Positions 18,208-27,640 of a DNA stretch of 38,527 bases are shown piece after piece. The stretch's first letter is position 1; every line of letters begins with the position of its first letter. Source of the DNA: a virus (Duplodnaviria; Caudoviricetes); IMG/VR virus record IMGVR_UViG_3300027826_000156, positions 1 through 38,527 of that record. One strand, given 5' to 3'. The notes under the pieces are model-generated. The model searched no databases and was not told where the DNA came from. It was given only the letters and a program-made list of their open reading frames with translations. A program made the translations under genes and the position numbers.

Positions 18208-21200
18208 TTAAGCTCCCTGCACAATGATCAAGGCGGTGCGCGATACCGCGCCGCCGCCGTTGAAGAACTGGATCGTCAGTTGCGACAACGACAAGCCGCT
18301 GACGACGTAGGTATCGCCTGCCGTGGCCTGCCAATCGACCTGATAGCTCGGCAGGGTGTTGCCGGCGACGCCGGCATTGAACGGCTGCGTCGAGACCGCA
18401 CCGTCCGGCTTGAACACGATGGTGAGACCGCCGCTGCCGACCGCCTGATTGACGTAGTTATCGGTGCGGGTCGGCAGCTGCGCCGTGAACGAGAATGCCG
18501 AGCATTGCGGCTGCGCCAGCGGCGACGAACTCTCCATGCCGATGCGCAGCTTCCAGGCACTCGCCGGAAAAACACCCGGCGTGAATTGCTGCCACCGGCT
18601 CCATTGCGGATTCGGCGTCGATGGCAGGTTGGACGCAGTGGCGATCTCGACCCAGCCGGAGATTTGCGAAGTCTCGGTGATGCCCAAGAAATCCGGATCG
18701 TTGAGAAAATCGCCGAGCGCCAAAAAGTTCGCGCCGAACGCGACGCCGGCGAAGGCGGCATTGGCGTTGATCCTGGCATCGTTGCTTACCAGATAGCTCG
18801 ACGCGAGCCAGTGACCGTTCGGCGGCTCGTAATAAAGCGCCACATCGAGCGGCACGCCTTTGAGTGCGATGGTATCGCCGTTCGCCGGCCCGGCGCCGGC
18901 GACGGTGGCGGACAGCGTGAGCTCCGCCACCGAATCGGTGATCGACCCGTCGTCGATGATGGTGCCGACGCTGTCGGTGATCAGCCCGTCGTCGATCGTG
19001 GCGAGCGTGTCGGTGTTGACGAGCTCGAGCGCGCCGTAATCGGTCGAGTTGAAGAAATTAACCGACTGCACGCTGGCGCCGGCCGGAATAACCGAAGGCG
19101 AGGTCGAATCGGAGACCGCAAAGCCGTAGCCGACCAGCGACGGCAGGCTCAGCACCGGGACCCGGTTGGCGGCAGGCTGGAAGCCGACGACGATCGCGGC
19201 CCACGGCACGCTTGCCGACAGGGTCGGCGCGAAGGTCTTCGCGCTGTTGGCCGTATCGACCAAAATGCCGCCGGCGGTGCCGCTGTTGCCCGTAAACATT
19301 TTGGCGGTGGGCGGCGTGGAAAAGCCTGCCGCCTGGGTGTAGGTCGGGCCGGCGCTCGATGGATCCAAATTGAACGACGCGCCGACGATCAGCTCGTTCG
19401 CCGCGGCGGGTACGCCCGACGTCACGCTCGGCGCCGTCGAGGTGCCGAGCGCGGAAGCGATGACCGCGGCATCGAGTGCGCCCGCAAGCTGCATGCCGGT
19501 GACATAGAACGCCGTCATGGTCAGCGAGTTCGCCGCATTGCGCGCCGTATAGGTGATGGTGGCGTTGGCGAGCGCCGCCGAATTCTGAAAGTAGAACACG
19601 CTGCCGACGGCGCCGAAGCCGGGCGCAAAGAGCAGCGAAGCCGCCAGGCTGTAATTGCCGTTGCTGCCGTCTGCCATAGAGCCGACGGTGAGATTGCCGT
19701 TGTCGGTCACCAGGACGACGATCAGCGCGCCCTTGGGCACGTTGACGTTTGTAATGCTGCAGGTCGTCGACCCGGCCGAAGAGCCGGTGCCGATCGCCGC
19801 GGCGTTCGGGCCGGCCTTGGTATTGGGCGACAAGGAAGCCGACAGCGTCGAGCCGCCGGCGCCGGTGAGGCCGTAATCCAGCGAGCCGGAGAACAGCGTC
19901 GCGACCTCGTCAAAACTCTGCGAATAGGTCAGCGCCAGCTGATTGCCGGAGATGACGATCGAGACCGGGTCCTCGGAATAGACGATCGGCCCGCCGGCGA
20001 CCGGCTGGCAGCGCGCCGAAATCCAGTAGGTGCCGTTGCCGGGCGCAATGAAGGGCGGATGCGCCTGCACCCGCATGAACAAGGCGGTGGCCCAGCTCGG
20101 CCCCTGCCTGATCTCGTATTCGACGCCGGGGCGGAAGTCGCTGACCTGGTTCCAGTAGACTTTCTGAAACCCGGCCTCATAGTTCGAATAGACGTCAGTG
20201 ACGTTCGGCAGCGGCGACAGCAGCGCCGAGCCGGTGACCACGTAAGGGTAAGCCGCGCAATCGGCGAGCGACTGCACGCCGCCGCCCCAGGCGTTGAACG
20301 ACTGGAACTTGAAATAGAGCGTCTGGCCGATCTGGCCCTGGCCGAACGGATACTTGAAGACGTTGTCGAGCCGCGCGAACGGCGTTCCGGCCGGATGGTC
20401 CGCGATCGATGTTTCGCTGCCGTAAGTGCCGCGAGCGAGGTTGGAAAGGCTGTAGTTGCTCGTCGCGGTCAGCGCCGAGGCGCCGAAGCAGATGATTTCG
20501 CCGCCGACATAACAGGGGTTGTCGAGCGCGGCGATATCGGCCGGCGACGCCGCGGCGAGCACCCCGTTGGATTGCGTGAGGTCGACCGCCAGCGTGTTGA
20601 GCGAATCGAGCGTGGTCGAGACCGGGTTGTCCGCCACCGCCGGAAGGTCCGCGGTGGTAACGCCCATCATCGAATTGTGATTGAGCGTGCCGACCCAGCC
20701 ATACGGCCCATCCGCGCCGGTCGCCACCAGGACGTTGCAGCCGCCATAAAGGCTGTTGGCATTCGACAGCGCGGCCCAGATTTGCAGGCCGCCGCCGAGC
20801 TCGTCGGTCGGCTCGAACAGGATCGGCGTATTGACCGAGCCGACGCCGGCGTTGCGATTCACCGGATTGCTGGTCGCCGACGCGGTGGCATAGAGCACGG
20901 CAGACGCCACGCCTTGGGGAAATTCTTCGGCGGCGACTTCCAGGTAGCCGTTATCGTCCTCCTCGATGTCGGTGATACGCACCGCGGTGTTGTTCAAGCC
21001 CAGGATCGTATCGGTGACCGTGACCAGGTCCATCGGATCGAGCAAACAGTATTCCCACGACAGCCGGAATTTATAGGTGTTGCGGATATAGAGGCCGCGC
21101 TGCAGTTGAAGCTGCGCCGAGATCAGCGCAATGTTGGTGTCGCAGATTTCGTGGGCGGTGACGGTCGGGGCGAGCCGCACGCCGGCCGCGCCGGTCGCCG

Positions 21201-22287
21201 CGGCCAGATACTCGATGGCGTTCTGATCGCGCGCTTCGACCGTGGTCAGCGCGTATTGATTGTTGCGGTCGGCACACTCGACCCGCAGCACGTTATAGGC
21301 CTGGTAGAGATCGGAGACCGACACTTCGAGCGGGTCGGCGCCGCTTTCGACGATGAAGTCGTCGTCGGTCAGATTGTAGATCGGCGTCACGCCGGGAACG
21401 AAGGTGATGCCGTTGCCGGTGACGGTCTGGTCGCCGTAGGGGATGAAGCGCAAGGTGCCGTTCGACCACACCGCGGCAACGTTGATCAGCTGCAGCCAGC
21501 GGGCGAGGATCGAAGCAGCCGGCTCCTGGGAGGTCAGCGCCGGCGACAGCGACAGCCCGTTGGCCCGGCACCAGGTTTGCAGCGACGCGTCGTTGCCGCC
21601 GCCTTGGGTGAACAAGGTTGTGGCGTCGATCGATGCCGACGGAAAGCCGACGCCAAACTGCGTCGAGGTGAGAAAGTCGTCGATGATCAGCGCCGGATCG
21701 GCATCGAAGCCGTTTTCGGGATAGCTCGATCGGTCCCATCCGGTGATCCAACGCAGTCCCTTGACCTCGAAATTGTGGTTGTCGAGCGTGGCGGAGCTGG
21801 TGAGCTGGTAGTTGAGCGCCGCCACATAGGCGGTGCCCTGATAGGCCAGCGCTTCGGCCGGATACGGCGGCGAGAACTCGAGAATGGCCCCCTCGAAGAA
21901 GAACTCGCCGGAAAACCCAGACCACACCGCCTGCGGCGTCGTGCCGACGAACAGCGACAGGCCGAGCTGGGCCAGGGTGAAGAGCGATTGGCCGCGCCAG
22001 ATCTGGCGGATGCCGGCGATCGGGCCTTCGCACAGCGCCAGGATGACGTCGGCAGAATAGCTGGTCTGCGACTGGTTGCCGCCGCCGCCGAAAATGCCGC
22101 CCTTGCCGCCGCTGCCGCCCTGATGAATCCGGAAGTTTTCGTACCAGATCAGGTTCGGCGCGATCTTGGTCGTGCCCCAGACGATCGGCACCGGCAGCGT
22201 CGACACCGCGGTCTGGATCTGCAGGCCGGTATAATCCGGCGTGGTGTTGCTCGGCGCGCTGCCGAAGAGGTTGCGAAATCCGCTCAT
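18208..22287 (-). CDS. Large phage tail/host-specificity protein (GTA g15-like position)
   Basis: 1359 aa; PVPIVWGT..IAPNLIW, LALCEGPI..I..IW, AY.GTAY, LDPMDLVTV, L.RG.YG motifs; follows NlpC/P60. Confidence 0.85.
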   Translation of the reverse strand: MSGFRNLFGSAPSNTTPDYTGLQIQTAVSTLPVPIVWGTTKIAPNLIWYENFRIHQGGSGGKGGIFGGGGNQSQTSYSADVILALCEGPIAGIRQIWRGQSLFTLAQLGLSLFVGTTPQAVWSGFSGEFFFEGAILEFSPPYPAEALAYQGTAYVAALNYQLTSSATLDNHNFEVKGLRWITGWDRSSYPENGFDADPALIIDDFLTSTQFGVGFPSASIDATTLFTQGGGNDASLQTWCRANGLSLSPALTSQEPAASILARWLQLINVAAVWSNGTLRFIPYGDQTVTGNGITFVPGVTPIYNLTDDDFIVESGADPLEVSVSDLYQAYNVLRVECADRNNQYALTTVEARDQNAIEYLAAATGAAGVRLAPTVTAHEICDTNIALISAQLQLQRGLYIRNTYKFRLSWEYCLLDPMDLVTVTDTILGLNNTAVRITDIEEDDNGYLEVAAEEFPQGVASAVLYATASATSNPVNRNAGVGSVNTPILFEPTDELGGGLQIWAALSNANSLYGGCNVLVATGADGPYGWVGTLNHNSMMGVTTADLPAVADNPVSTTLDSLNTLAVDLTQSNGVLAAASPADIAALDNPCYVGGEIICFGASALTATSNYSLSNLARGTYGSETSIADHPAGTPFARLDNVFKYPFGQGQIGQTLYFKFQSFNAWGGGVQSLADCAAYPYVVTGSALLSPLPNVTDVYSNYEAGFQKVYWNQVSDFRPGVEYEIRQGPSWATALFMRVQAHPPFIAPGNGTYWISARCQPVAGGPIVYSEDPVSIVISGNQLALTYSQSFDEVATLFSGSLDYGLTGAGGSTLSASLSPNTKAGPNAAAIGTGSSAGSTTCSITNVNVPKGALIVVLVTDNGNLTVGSMADGSNGNYSLAASLLFAPGFGAVGSVFYFQNSAALANATITYTARNAANSLTMTAFYVTGMQLAGALDAAVIASALGTSTAPSVTSGVPAAANELIVGASFNLDPSSAGPTYTQAAGFSTPPTAKMFTGNSGTAGGILVDTANSAKTFAPTLSASVPWAAIVVGFQPAANRVPVLSLPSLVGYGFAVSDSTSPSVIPAGASVQSVNFFNSTDYGALELVNTDTLATIDDGLITDSVGTIIDDGSITDSVAELTLSATVAGAGPANGDTIALKGVPLDVALYYEPPNGHWLASSYLVSNDARINANAAFAGVAFGANFLALGDFLNDPDFLGITETSQISGWVEIATASNLPSTPNPQWSRWQQFTPGVFPASAWKLRIGMESSSPLAQPQCSAFSFTAQLPTRTDNYVNQAVGSGGLTIVFKPDGAVSTQPFNAGVAGNTLPSYQVDWQATAGDTYVVSGLSLSQLTIQFFNGGGAVSRTALIIVQGA

Positions 22288-22973
22288 GGTTCCAGTCGCC
22301 CGCGTCCTTTTTGCATCGCACGGTGGCCCAGCGCCTCAGCCGGCATGGCGGACGAGGCGGCAAAATCCGCCGTGCAATCTGCGGCGACTGAGGGCCGCGC
22401 GATGCTAGACGTGCCGCCCGCCAATTCATCGGCGCGCGGCTGATGATTAAGTGACCACAAGCTGAAGAACTTTGGCGCGCGGATCGGCTCGCCAAGCACT
22501 GCGTTCTGCTGCACCCGCTCCTCGAGCACGCGACCGGCCGGTGCATAGGCGTGGACGATCCAGATATCGGAAATCAGGGATCTCGCATCAGGCATCAGGG
22601 TGGGGCCCCATTCCCGATGTCCTGATGCCTGACACCTGGTGACGATCCCGCCATGCGAGTAGCAGCGGCCGAAGCGAAACACGGCCACGTCGCCGGGTTG
22701 CGGCGCCGAGACCTCGTGGGCGCGGTCGAATACAAAGCCGAGATACTTTTCCTCGGCGCGGTGCAGATGCCAATCCGGCGGATAGGGCCGCGGATCGAAT
22801 GGCTCGCACAGCCCGGTGTCGACGAACACACGGACCAGCAGCATGCCGCAATCGACCCCCGCGCCTTTTACGTCGGCGCAATTGTGGTACGGCGTGCCGA
22901 TCCAGGAGCGCGCTTCGGCAACGATCGCCGCGCGCTGCGCGATCTCATTCGCGTTCGCGTTATTTTTTTGCAT
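22284..22973 (-). CDS. Tail-associated NlpC/P60 peptidase
   Basis: AEARSWIGTPY, GAGVDCG.L, PGDVAVFR.GR..SHGGI, IVHA (Cys-His-His). Start and C-terminal extension uncertain. Confidence 0.88.
   Translation of the reverse strand: MQKNNANANEIAQRAAIVAEARSWIGTPYHNCADVKGAGVDCGMLLVRVFVDTGLCEPFDPRPYPPDWHLHRAEEKYLGFVFDRAHEVSAPQPGDVAVFRFGRCYSHGGIVTRCQASGHREWGPTLMPDARSLISDIWIVHAYAPAGRVLEERVQQNAVLGEPIRAPKFFSLWSLNHQPRADELAGGTSSIARPSVAADCTADFAASSAMPAEALGHRAMQKGRGRLEP
22559..22639. repeat. Heptamer-based imperfect palindrome inside the NlpC/P60 gene
   Basis: cagatat cggaaat cagggat ctcgcat caggcat cagg ... ccgatgt cctgatg cctgaca cctgg. Confidence 0.6.
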
Positions 22974-23058
22974 CGCGGTCTCCAACCACCGCAAATTACT
23001 CGGCGGATTTTTCAGCCAAGTCCGCAGCGCACGATCAGGCGCCGGGCAATCGCTTGAT

Positions 23059-23934
23059 TTAGATGGCCATTTGCGGCGGCGGCACGAACGGGAATGCGCG
23101 GAAGTTGGCCAGATTGTTGAACTTGCCGGTGCATGTCGCTTGGGTATGGTCACAGCCGAAATAGACGGTGAAACCGTCGCCCGCGGCGGGCGCGCTCTGC
23201 AGCGGATAGATCAGATAAAGCGCCACGCCGGCGAGCGCCGAGCCGACGGTCGCGGTTACGCCGGAATTCACTCCCGACGTGAACGTGATAGTGCCTTGGG
23301 CGAAATTGGCGCTGGCGCCGCTCCAGTTAATTATCGAGAAGGTCGAACCTACGCCGACCACGCCGCCCGTACCGAAAGACGCCTTGTTAAGCGTGCAGCC
23401 GGCATCGTAGAGCGTGTGCAGGCAGGTCGGTTGGTAGATGTTGCGCGGCATGTCGTGGTCGAGGACCGCGAGATCGGAATTGATCGTCAGCTTCGCCGAC
23501 GTGCGGCCGATCTCGTCGATGGTGCCGAGGCGGCCCTGGAACAGCAGCACCCCGCCAATCAACGTGCCGCCGATCGCATCGGAAAAGAACACGCGGTAGC
23601 GCGCCACGCGGCAGCCGTCGAAGGCGCGGTTGCGCAGGGCCTGCAGAAATGGCGCGCCGCCGGTGACGGTGTCGGTGGCCAGGGCCGCAACCGAAATCTG
23701 CTGGCGGTCGACCTCAAGACCGATCGCCGCCTTGTATTTGAGCCCGTCGATGCGGACCGAATTGGCCGCGAACAGTGTGCCATTATAGGTGAACGACACA
23801 TCGACGTTGGTGTAGCCGAGCACGTTGCCATTGGCGAGCGTGAACTGAAACGCGTCGGCCATCAGCATTCTTGCATCCGGCGCAGCGCGGATGGCGTTGA
23901 GATAATTGATCAGCGCGGTGGATGCGGGTTTCAT
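23059..23934 (-). CDS. DUF2163/BR0599 tail hub protein
   Basis: GYTNVDV, FDGC, YQPTCLHTLYDAGC, GD.F.VY.GCDH...TC..KFNNLANFRAFPFVP. Confidence 0.9.
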   Translation of the reverse strand: MKPASTALINYLNAIRAAPDARMLMADAFQFTLANGNVLGYTNVDVSFTYNGTLFAANSVRIDGLKYKAAIGLEVDRQQISVAALATDTVTGGAPFLQALRNRAFDGCRVARYRVFFSDAIGGTLIGGVLLFQGRLGTIDEIGRTSAKLTINSDLAVLDHDMPRNIYQPTCLHTLYDAGCTLNKASFGTGGVVGVGSTFSIINWSGASANFAQGTITFTSGVNSGVTATVGSALAGVALYLIYPLQSAPAAGDGFTVYFGCDHTQATCTGKFNNLANFRAFPFVPPPQMAI

Positions 23935-23952
23935 GCGTTTCTCACTCTTTTG

Positions 23953-24030
23953 CGTCAGCCACGGGCTTTACGCGCGGGCCCATGCTGCCGGCAGGCCTGC
24001 GTGGATTGCCGGGTCAGCCCGGCAATGACG
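23953..24030. repeat. CGTC-type REP-like palindromic element, left half degenerate
   Basis: GGATTGCCGGG-tcag-CCCGGCAATGACG hairpin on the right; CGTCA...GGGC remnant on the left; intergenic. Confidence 0.6.
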
Positions 24031-24050
24031 ATTTCGGAGAACGGATCGGC

Positions 24051-24680
24051 TTAACCGCCCAGCCAGCTCTTGACGCTACGGAATTTCATGCCATCGAGCT
24101 TCCAGAGACTCGACATGAACTCTTCGAAATCCATCTGGTCGTCGAGGAAGCGGCAGTTGAAGGCGAAAGTGAAATCCGCGGTGATGACAACGCCGGCACC
24201 GGGAGCGGCAGTAAAGGACAGCGTGTTCGGCGCCGTGAGGCTGTAGGAACCGCCGGCCTGCGCCGCGCCGTTGAGATAGACCGCATTGGTCGCGGTGATC
24301 CAGCCGACCGGCTCGACAAAGCCGCCGAGCGCGCGCACGAACTGGAAGTTTTTGGTCGCGCCGTCGCCGTCGCCGAGAAACTGGCCGGTGACGGCGTTGT
24401 CGTCTGGATCGGCGTAGAGAAACGTGTTGGCCTGGCCCTGCATCTGCAGGAAAAAGCCCATCAGATTTTGCAGCGACGCGGCTTGCAGGCCGGCGAACAG
24501 CGCAGCCGACGATGTCAGCCCATTGTACTTGGCCTCGAACTCATAGAGTGGATACGCCATCAGCGGCACGCGCACCTCGCGGCCGGAGACGTGGCCGGCC
24601 ACCCGCGTGTTGAACACGGGCTTCTTGTGCCGCGACCAGGACAGGCCAGGCAATGTCGGCAAAAGCGGCGGCGTTGTCAT
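24051..24680 (-). CDS. DUF2460 distal tail protein
   Basis: SGREVR, L.GFF...GQ...FLY.DP, GDG.T..FQ..R, PGAGVVITADF.F.F.CRF.DD. Confidence 0.9.
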   Translation of the reverse strand: MTTPPLLPTLPGLSWSRHKKPVFNTRVAGHVSGREVRVPLMAYPLYEFEAKYNGLTSSAALFAGLQAASLQNLMGFFLQMQGQANTFLYADPDDNAVTGQFLGDGDGATKNFQFVRALGGFVEPVGWITATNAVYLNGAAQAGGSYSLTAPNTLSFTAAPGAGVVITADFTFAFNCRFLDDQMDFEEFMSSLWKLDGMKFRSVKSWLGG

Positions 24681-24689
24681 GCTGTCGGC

Positions 24690-25895
24690 TCATCGGGTCG
24701 AGGTTCGCAGCGGCAGATGCGCGCCGCCCTTGAACCCGCGCTGCAGCGCGCGGAGCATATGATGGGCATTGTCGTCGAAGAAGCGGCGGATCGAGCGTGA
24801 ATCCAGGGCGGTAATGTTGATATTCGGGCTGATGTGAGTGTCGCCGCCGCCCATGCCGTTGCCCGCGTAGGGCATCCGCACCTGGGCCGCCGGAATGACC
24901 TCACCCTGATGCACCATGGCGAGGCCGGAGCGCATCACGTAGCCGCCGACGGCCATGCTCGGCGTCGTCGACGCGACCATTGCCATCGCGGCCGCGGCCG
25001 GGGCCACCGCAGCCGGCCCCATTTCCGGGGCGAGAAAGCCGAATACGCCGCCGAATACTTTTGCTGCGTCGATGGCGATCGCCTTGAGCGCGGTGGCGAG
25101 CGTGATCGCAAGGCTCGCCTCGGCACCCGCTTCGTCGGACGCCTTGCGCGCCGTGTTGCCCGCGATCGACGCCGTGGTCATCGCCAGCTGCGACGCAGCC
25201 CACTTCACCACCAGCTGCTCGCACATCTCGATGAACTTGATAATCATGTCGCCGAGCATTTTCTTCCACGCCTGCGACCAGCTCGTGGTCCCGGCGAGCA
25301 GACCCCGCAGTTGCGTATTGAAGCTGCTCGTGATCATCGACAGCCCCTTGTTCCATTCCTTGGTCTGTTCCGCGATCGCCTGGGCGTCGAGCTTCATCAT
25401 GTCGATATTGTGCTTGGCCTTGAGCAGCTTGATTTTATCGAGCCACTTTTTGTTTTCTTCGAGTTCGCGATCACCAAGCTTGAGCTTGCTTTCGAGCAGC
25501 TCCAGCTCAGCCTGGTATTCGTTCTCGGTCGCTTCTTTGAGCAGCGTGAACTTCTGGTTTTGCGTGATGGCGAACTGCTGGGCCTCGGCCTGCAGCAGGA
25601 CCTTGCGCTCGGCAAGCCCCAGATGCAGGAGCTTGATCTCGGTGCCCATGTCTCTGATCTGGCCCGCCGCACGCGCCGTCTGAACGCCGAGGCCGTCAAA
25701 CGCCTTGCGCGCCTCGTCCAATTTGTCGGCTGGGAGCGCAACGGAGAATGCGCTCTGCAAACCACCGAGCGCGCCGGCGACATTGGCCACGTCCTGCTTC
25801 AGCCCGCCGAGTGCGTCATGAACCTCGGCGATTCCGCTCGTGACGTCACCGGTCGACGCGGTGAAGCGGATCTGCACCTCGCTCTGCTCGGCCAT
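24690..25895 (-). CDS. Short tail tape measure protein
   Basis: Ala/Leu/Lys helical composition, C-terminal GGYV..SGLAMVHQGE motif, lies between chaperones and DUF2460; GGAG RBS. Confidence 0.8.
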   Translation of the reverse strand: MAEQSEVQIRFTASTGDVTSGIAEVHDALGGLKQDVANVAGALGGLQSAFSVALPADKLDEARKAFDGLGVQTARAAGQIRDMGTEIKLLHLGLAERKVLLQAEAQQFAITQNQKFTLLKEATENEYQAELELLESKLKLGDRELEENKKWLDKIKLLKAKHNIDMMKLDAQAIAEQTKEWNKGLSMITSSFNTQLRGLLAGTTSWSQAWKKMLGDMIIKFIEMCEQLVVKWAASQLAMTTASIAGNTARKASDEAGAEASLAITLATALKAIAIDAAKVFGGVFGFLAPEMGPAAVAPAAAAMAMVASTTPSMAVGGYVMRSGLAMVHQGEVIPAAQVRMPYAGNGMGGGDTHISPNINITALDSRSIRRFFDDNAHHMLRALQRGFKGGAHLPLRTSTR

Positions 25896-25913
25896 GCTGT
25901 AGTTCTCCGCGAT

Positions 25914-26170
25914 TTATCTGATGGCGCCGTTCGGAAACATGGCGAGCAGCTCGTGGAAATTGCTCGACGGCCGCGACGGCGGCTTGTAGCCCAGGTAAGC
26001 GGCAACGATGCGCCGCGCCGGCGGGCATTCAGTCCAGGCGCGGCGCAGCGCCTCGAGAAACGGCATGTCGACCTGGTCGAGGACCGCGTCGCGGGTCCAG
26101 CGCAATTCGATCACCAGCTCGGCGACGAGCGCGCGCCAGTCCGCGGTTTCGAAGCGCTCGTCGCCGTCTA
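25914..26170 (-). CDS. Tail assembly chaperone T (frameshift extension of G)
   Basis: The -1 frame is open from the slippery site (IDGDERFETADWRALVAELVIELRW...) to the stop at 25914. Confidence 0.75.
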
Positions 26171-26509
26171 TTCCCCCGCCTGGTCAGCCTCGATCCGCTT
26201 GCCGCCGGCCTGCTCGATGACGACCGGCAGCGCCGCCACCAGTTCGCCGATCGGGATCGGCAGATCGAAAAATTCCTCGCGCGTCAGCGAAGGATGGGCG
26301 CGGCGCAAACCGTGCCACACCACCTCAGCCAACGGCAACAACCGCTCGCCGCTCAGGTTTTCGACGGTGATGCCCGACAGCTTCGGCACGTGATCGGCGA
26401 TGGCGAGAATCTGCCGCAGCGACAGCGGCGCCACGTAAAACCCGCGCCCGGCAAGCGTGACCTGGCGCGCGGCGCCGCGGTCGAGATTTTGGTCCGGATC
26501 AAGGCTCAA
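26168..26509 (-). CDS. Tail assembly chaperone G
   Basis: 113 aa, TTG start after AGGAG, ends GCG GGG GAA TAG; upstream of the tape measure gene. Confidence 0.78.
   Translation of the reverse strand: MSLDPDQNLDRGAARQVTLAGRGFYVAPLSLRQILAIADHVPKLSGITVENLSGERLLPLAEVVWHGLRRAHPSLTREEFFDLPIPIGELVAALPVVIEQAGGKRIEADQAGE
26171..26177 (-). other. Programmed -1 ribosomal frameshift site G GGG GAA
   Basis: Heptamer immediately before the G stop codon; a -1 shift joins the T frame. Confidence 0.75.
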
Positions 26510-26674
26510 AGGACGCTCCTATTCTGTGCATTTCCAGCGTGGATGACACGCTTGTTGATTGCGGCGTGAGCCGGTACACCACGCACGAACTTCGCGCCCG
26601 TGATAGCAATAAATTCTAGTGAAGTTCGCTGGGAGCAGAGAATTCGCCGGACTGTTCGGCGTACCTGAGGTGTC

Positions 26675-27142
26675 TCACTCTTTTCGGCTCAGCTCGTCCC
26701 TGATCGCCTGTAGCCGCGCGAGCGTAGCGGGCGATTCATTGTCATCCACAACGGCGCGCGCCTGAGCGGCGGTATAAAATTTCCAGTCCTCGCCGTCGAT
26801 GATTATGCCGTCGGTCGCTCGGATATAGGCAGTCGCAGCCATCCATGCCGCGATGAACTCATTCCACTTGCTGCCGAGCCAAGAGAACGCTAGCACGAAC
26901 CTCCACGGATGATCGATTCCTAAATCTGGATTCAGGGCAATGATCTCGCTGGAATCTTCATGATAACATTCAAATCCCGTCAATTCGCCACGGAGATGCA
27001 TCGGGAAAAAGCCGCAAATCCACGGGCGTGTCGGCCCCGCCCCTGTCTTCGCTCGGAGTTCAGCAGCTCTCGCAGGAGTTAGGCCACTCTTTCCAGTCTT
27101 TACATCATATATCGCAATAATCGCACCATTCCTATCCCGCAA
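26675..27142 (-). pseudogene. Fused remnant: toxin tip fragment plus C-terminal part of an immunity-like gene
   Basis: RDRNGAIIAIYDVKTG...AELRAKTGAG (D-x-K nuclease-like) runs abruptly into an unrelated aromatic/acidic segment GFFPMHLRGELTGFEC...; no good RBS. Confidence 0.5.
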
Positions 27143-27159
27143 ATGCGGCGCGGCCCCTC

Positions 27160-27618
27160 TCAGTCGACTAGTTTTCCGCGCCTAGCGCCCTCATAGGCGA
27201 GGTCCTGATATTTCTTCGGAAAATATTGCCGCTGCAGATCATCAACAATTTCATCCGGTCGAATCGAAATGCCCATATTAGGCCAATCTTCGTGGCCTCG
27301 TGTCGTGACCATGAGATCAATTTGCCATCCCGGAAAGTCTTTGACTAGTCCTTGGAGAGCATCCACTACCGGCTTGCGCAGCAGTTCCAGATTGTCAACA
27401 AATACAACAACCTGCGGATACTCACTGTAATCGTCGTGGACATGATAATCGCCATACGGCTGTCCTGGCTGAAAGTCAGGCCGTCCGAAGCGCTCAAGCA
27501 ACTTATCAACACGATTTTCCAGGCGCTCGAATACGGCAAGCTGTTCAGTCTGGCGACGATCGTATTCGTCTCGTCTCATCGAGTCCATGTCGCGTCGAGT
27601 TATTGTGTTGTTACTCAT
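27160..27618 (-). CDS. Orphan immunity protein (paralogue of 29422-29886)
   Basis: Near-identical 5' sequence to 29422-29886; shared FPGWQID and DDLQRQYFPK.YQDL.YEG motifs. Confidence 0.75.
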   Translation of the reverse strand: MSNNTITRRDMDSMRRDEYDRRQTEQLAVFERLENRVDKLLERFGRPDFQPGQPYGDYHVHDDYSEYPQVVVFVDNLELLRKPVVDALQGLVKDFPGWQIDLMVTTRGHEDWPNMGISIRPDEIVDDLQRQYFPKKYQDLAYEGARRGKLVD

Positions 27619-27640
27619 CACCGACCCACAGTGACTTGTA

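Noticed and set aside
18190-22443. 1417-aa plus-strand ORF
   Set aside because: Antisense shadow of the tail protein gene; Arg-rich, no motifs; typical of high-GC DNA.
24834-26393. 519-aa plus-strand ORF, and similar ORFs at 30359-31987, 6174-7379 and 31896-32741
   Set aside because: Antisense shadows of well-supported minus-strand genes.
26585-26630. Imperfect inverted repeat GAACTTCGC...GTGAAGTTC at the island edge
   Set aside because: Short stem, long loop, no matching partner at the other island boundary.
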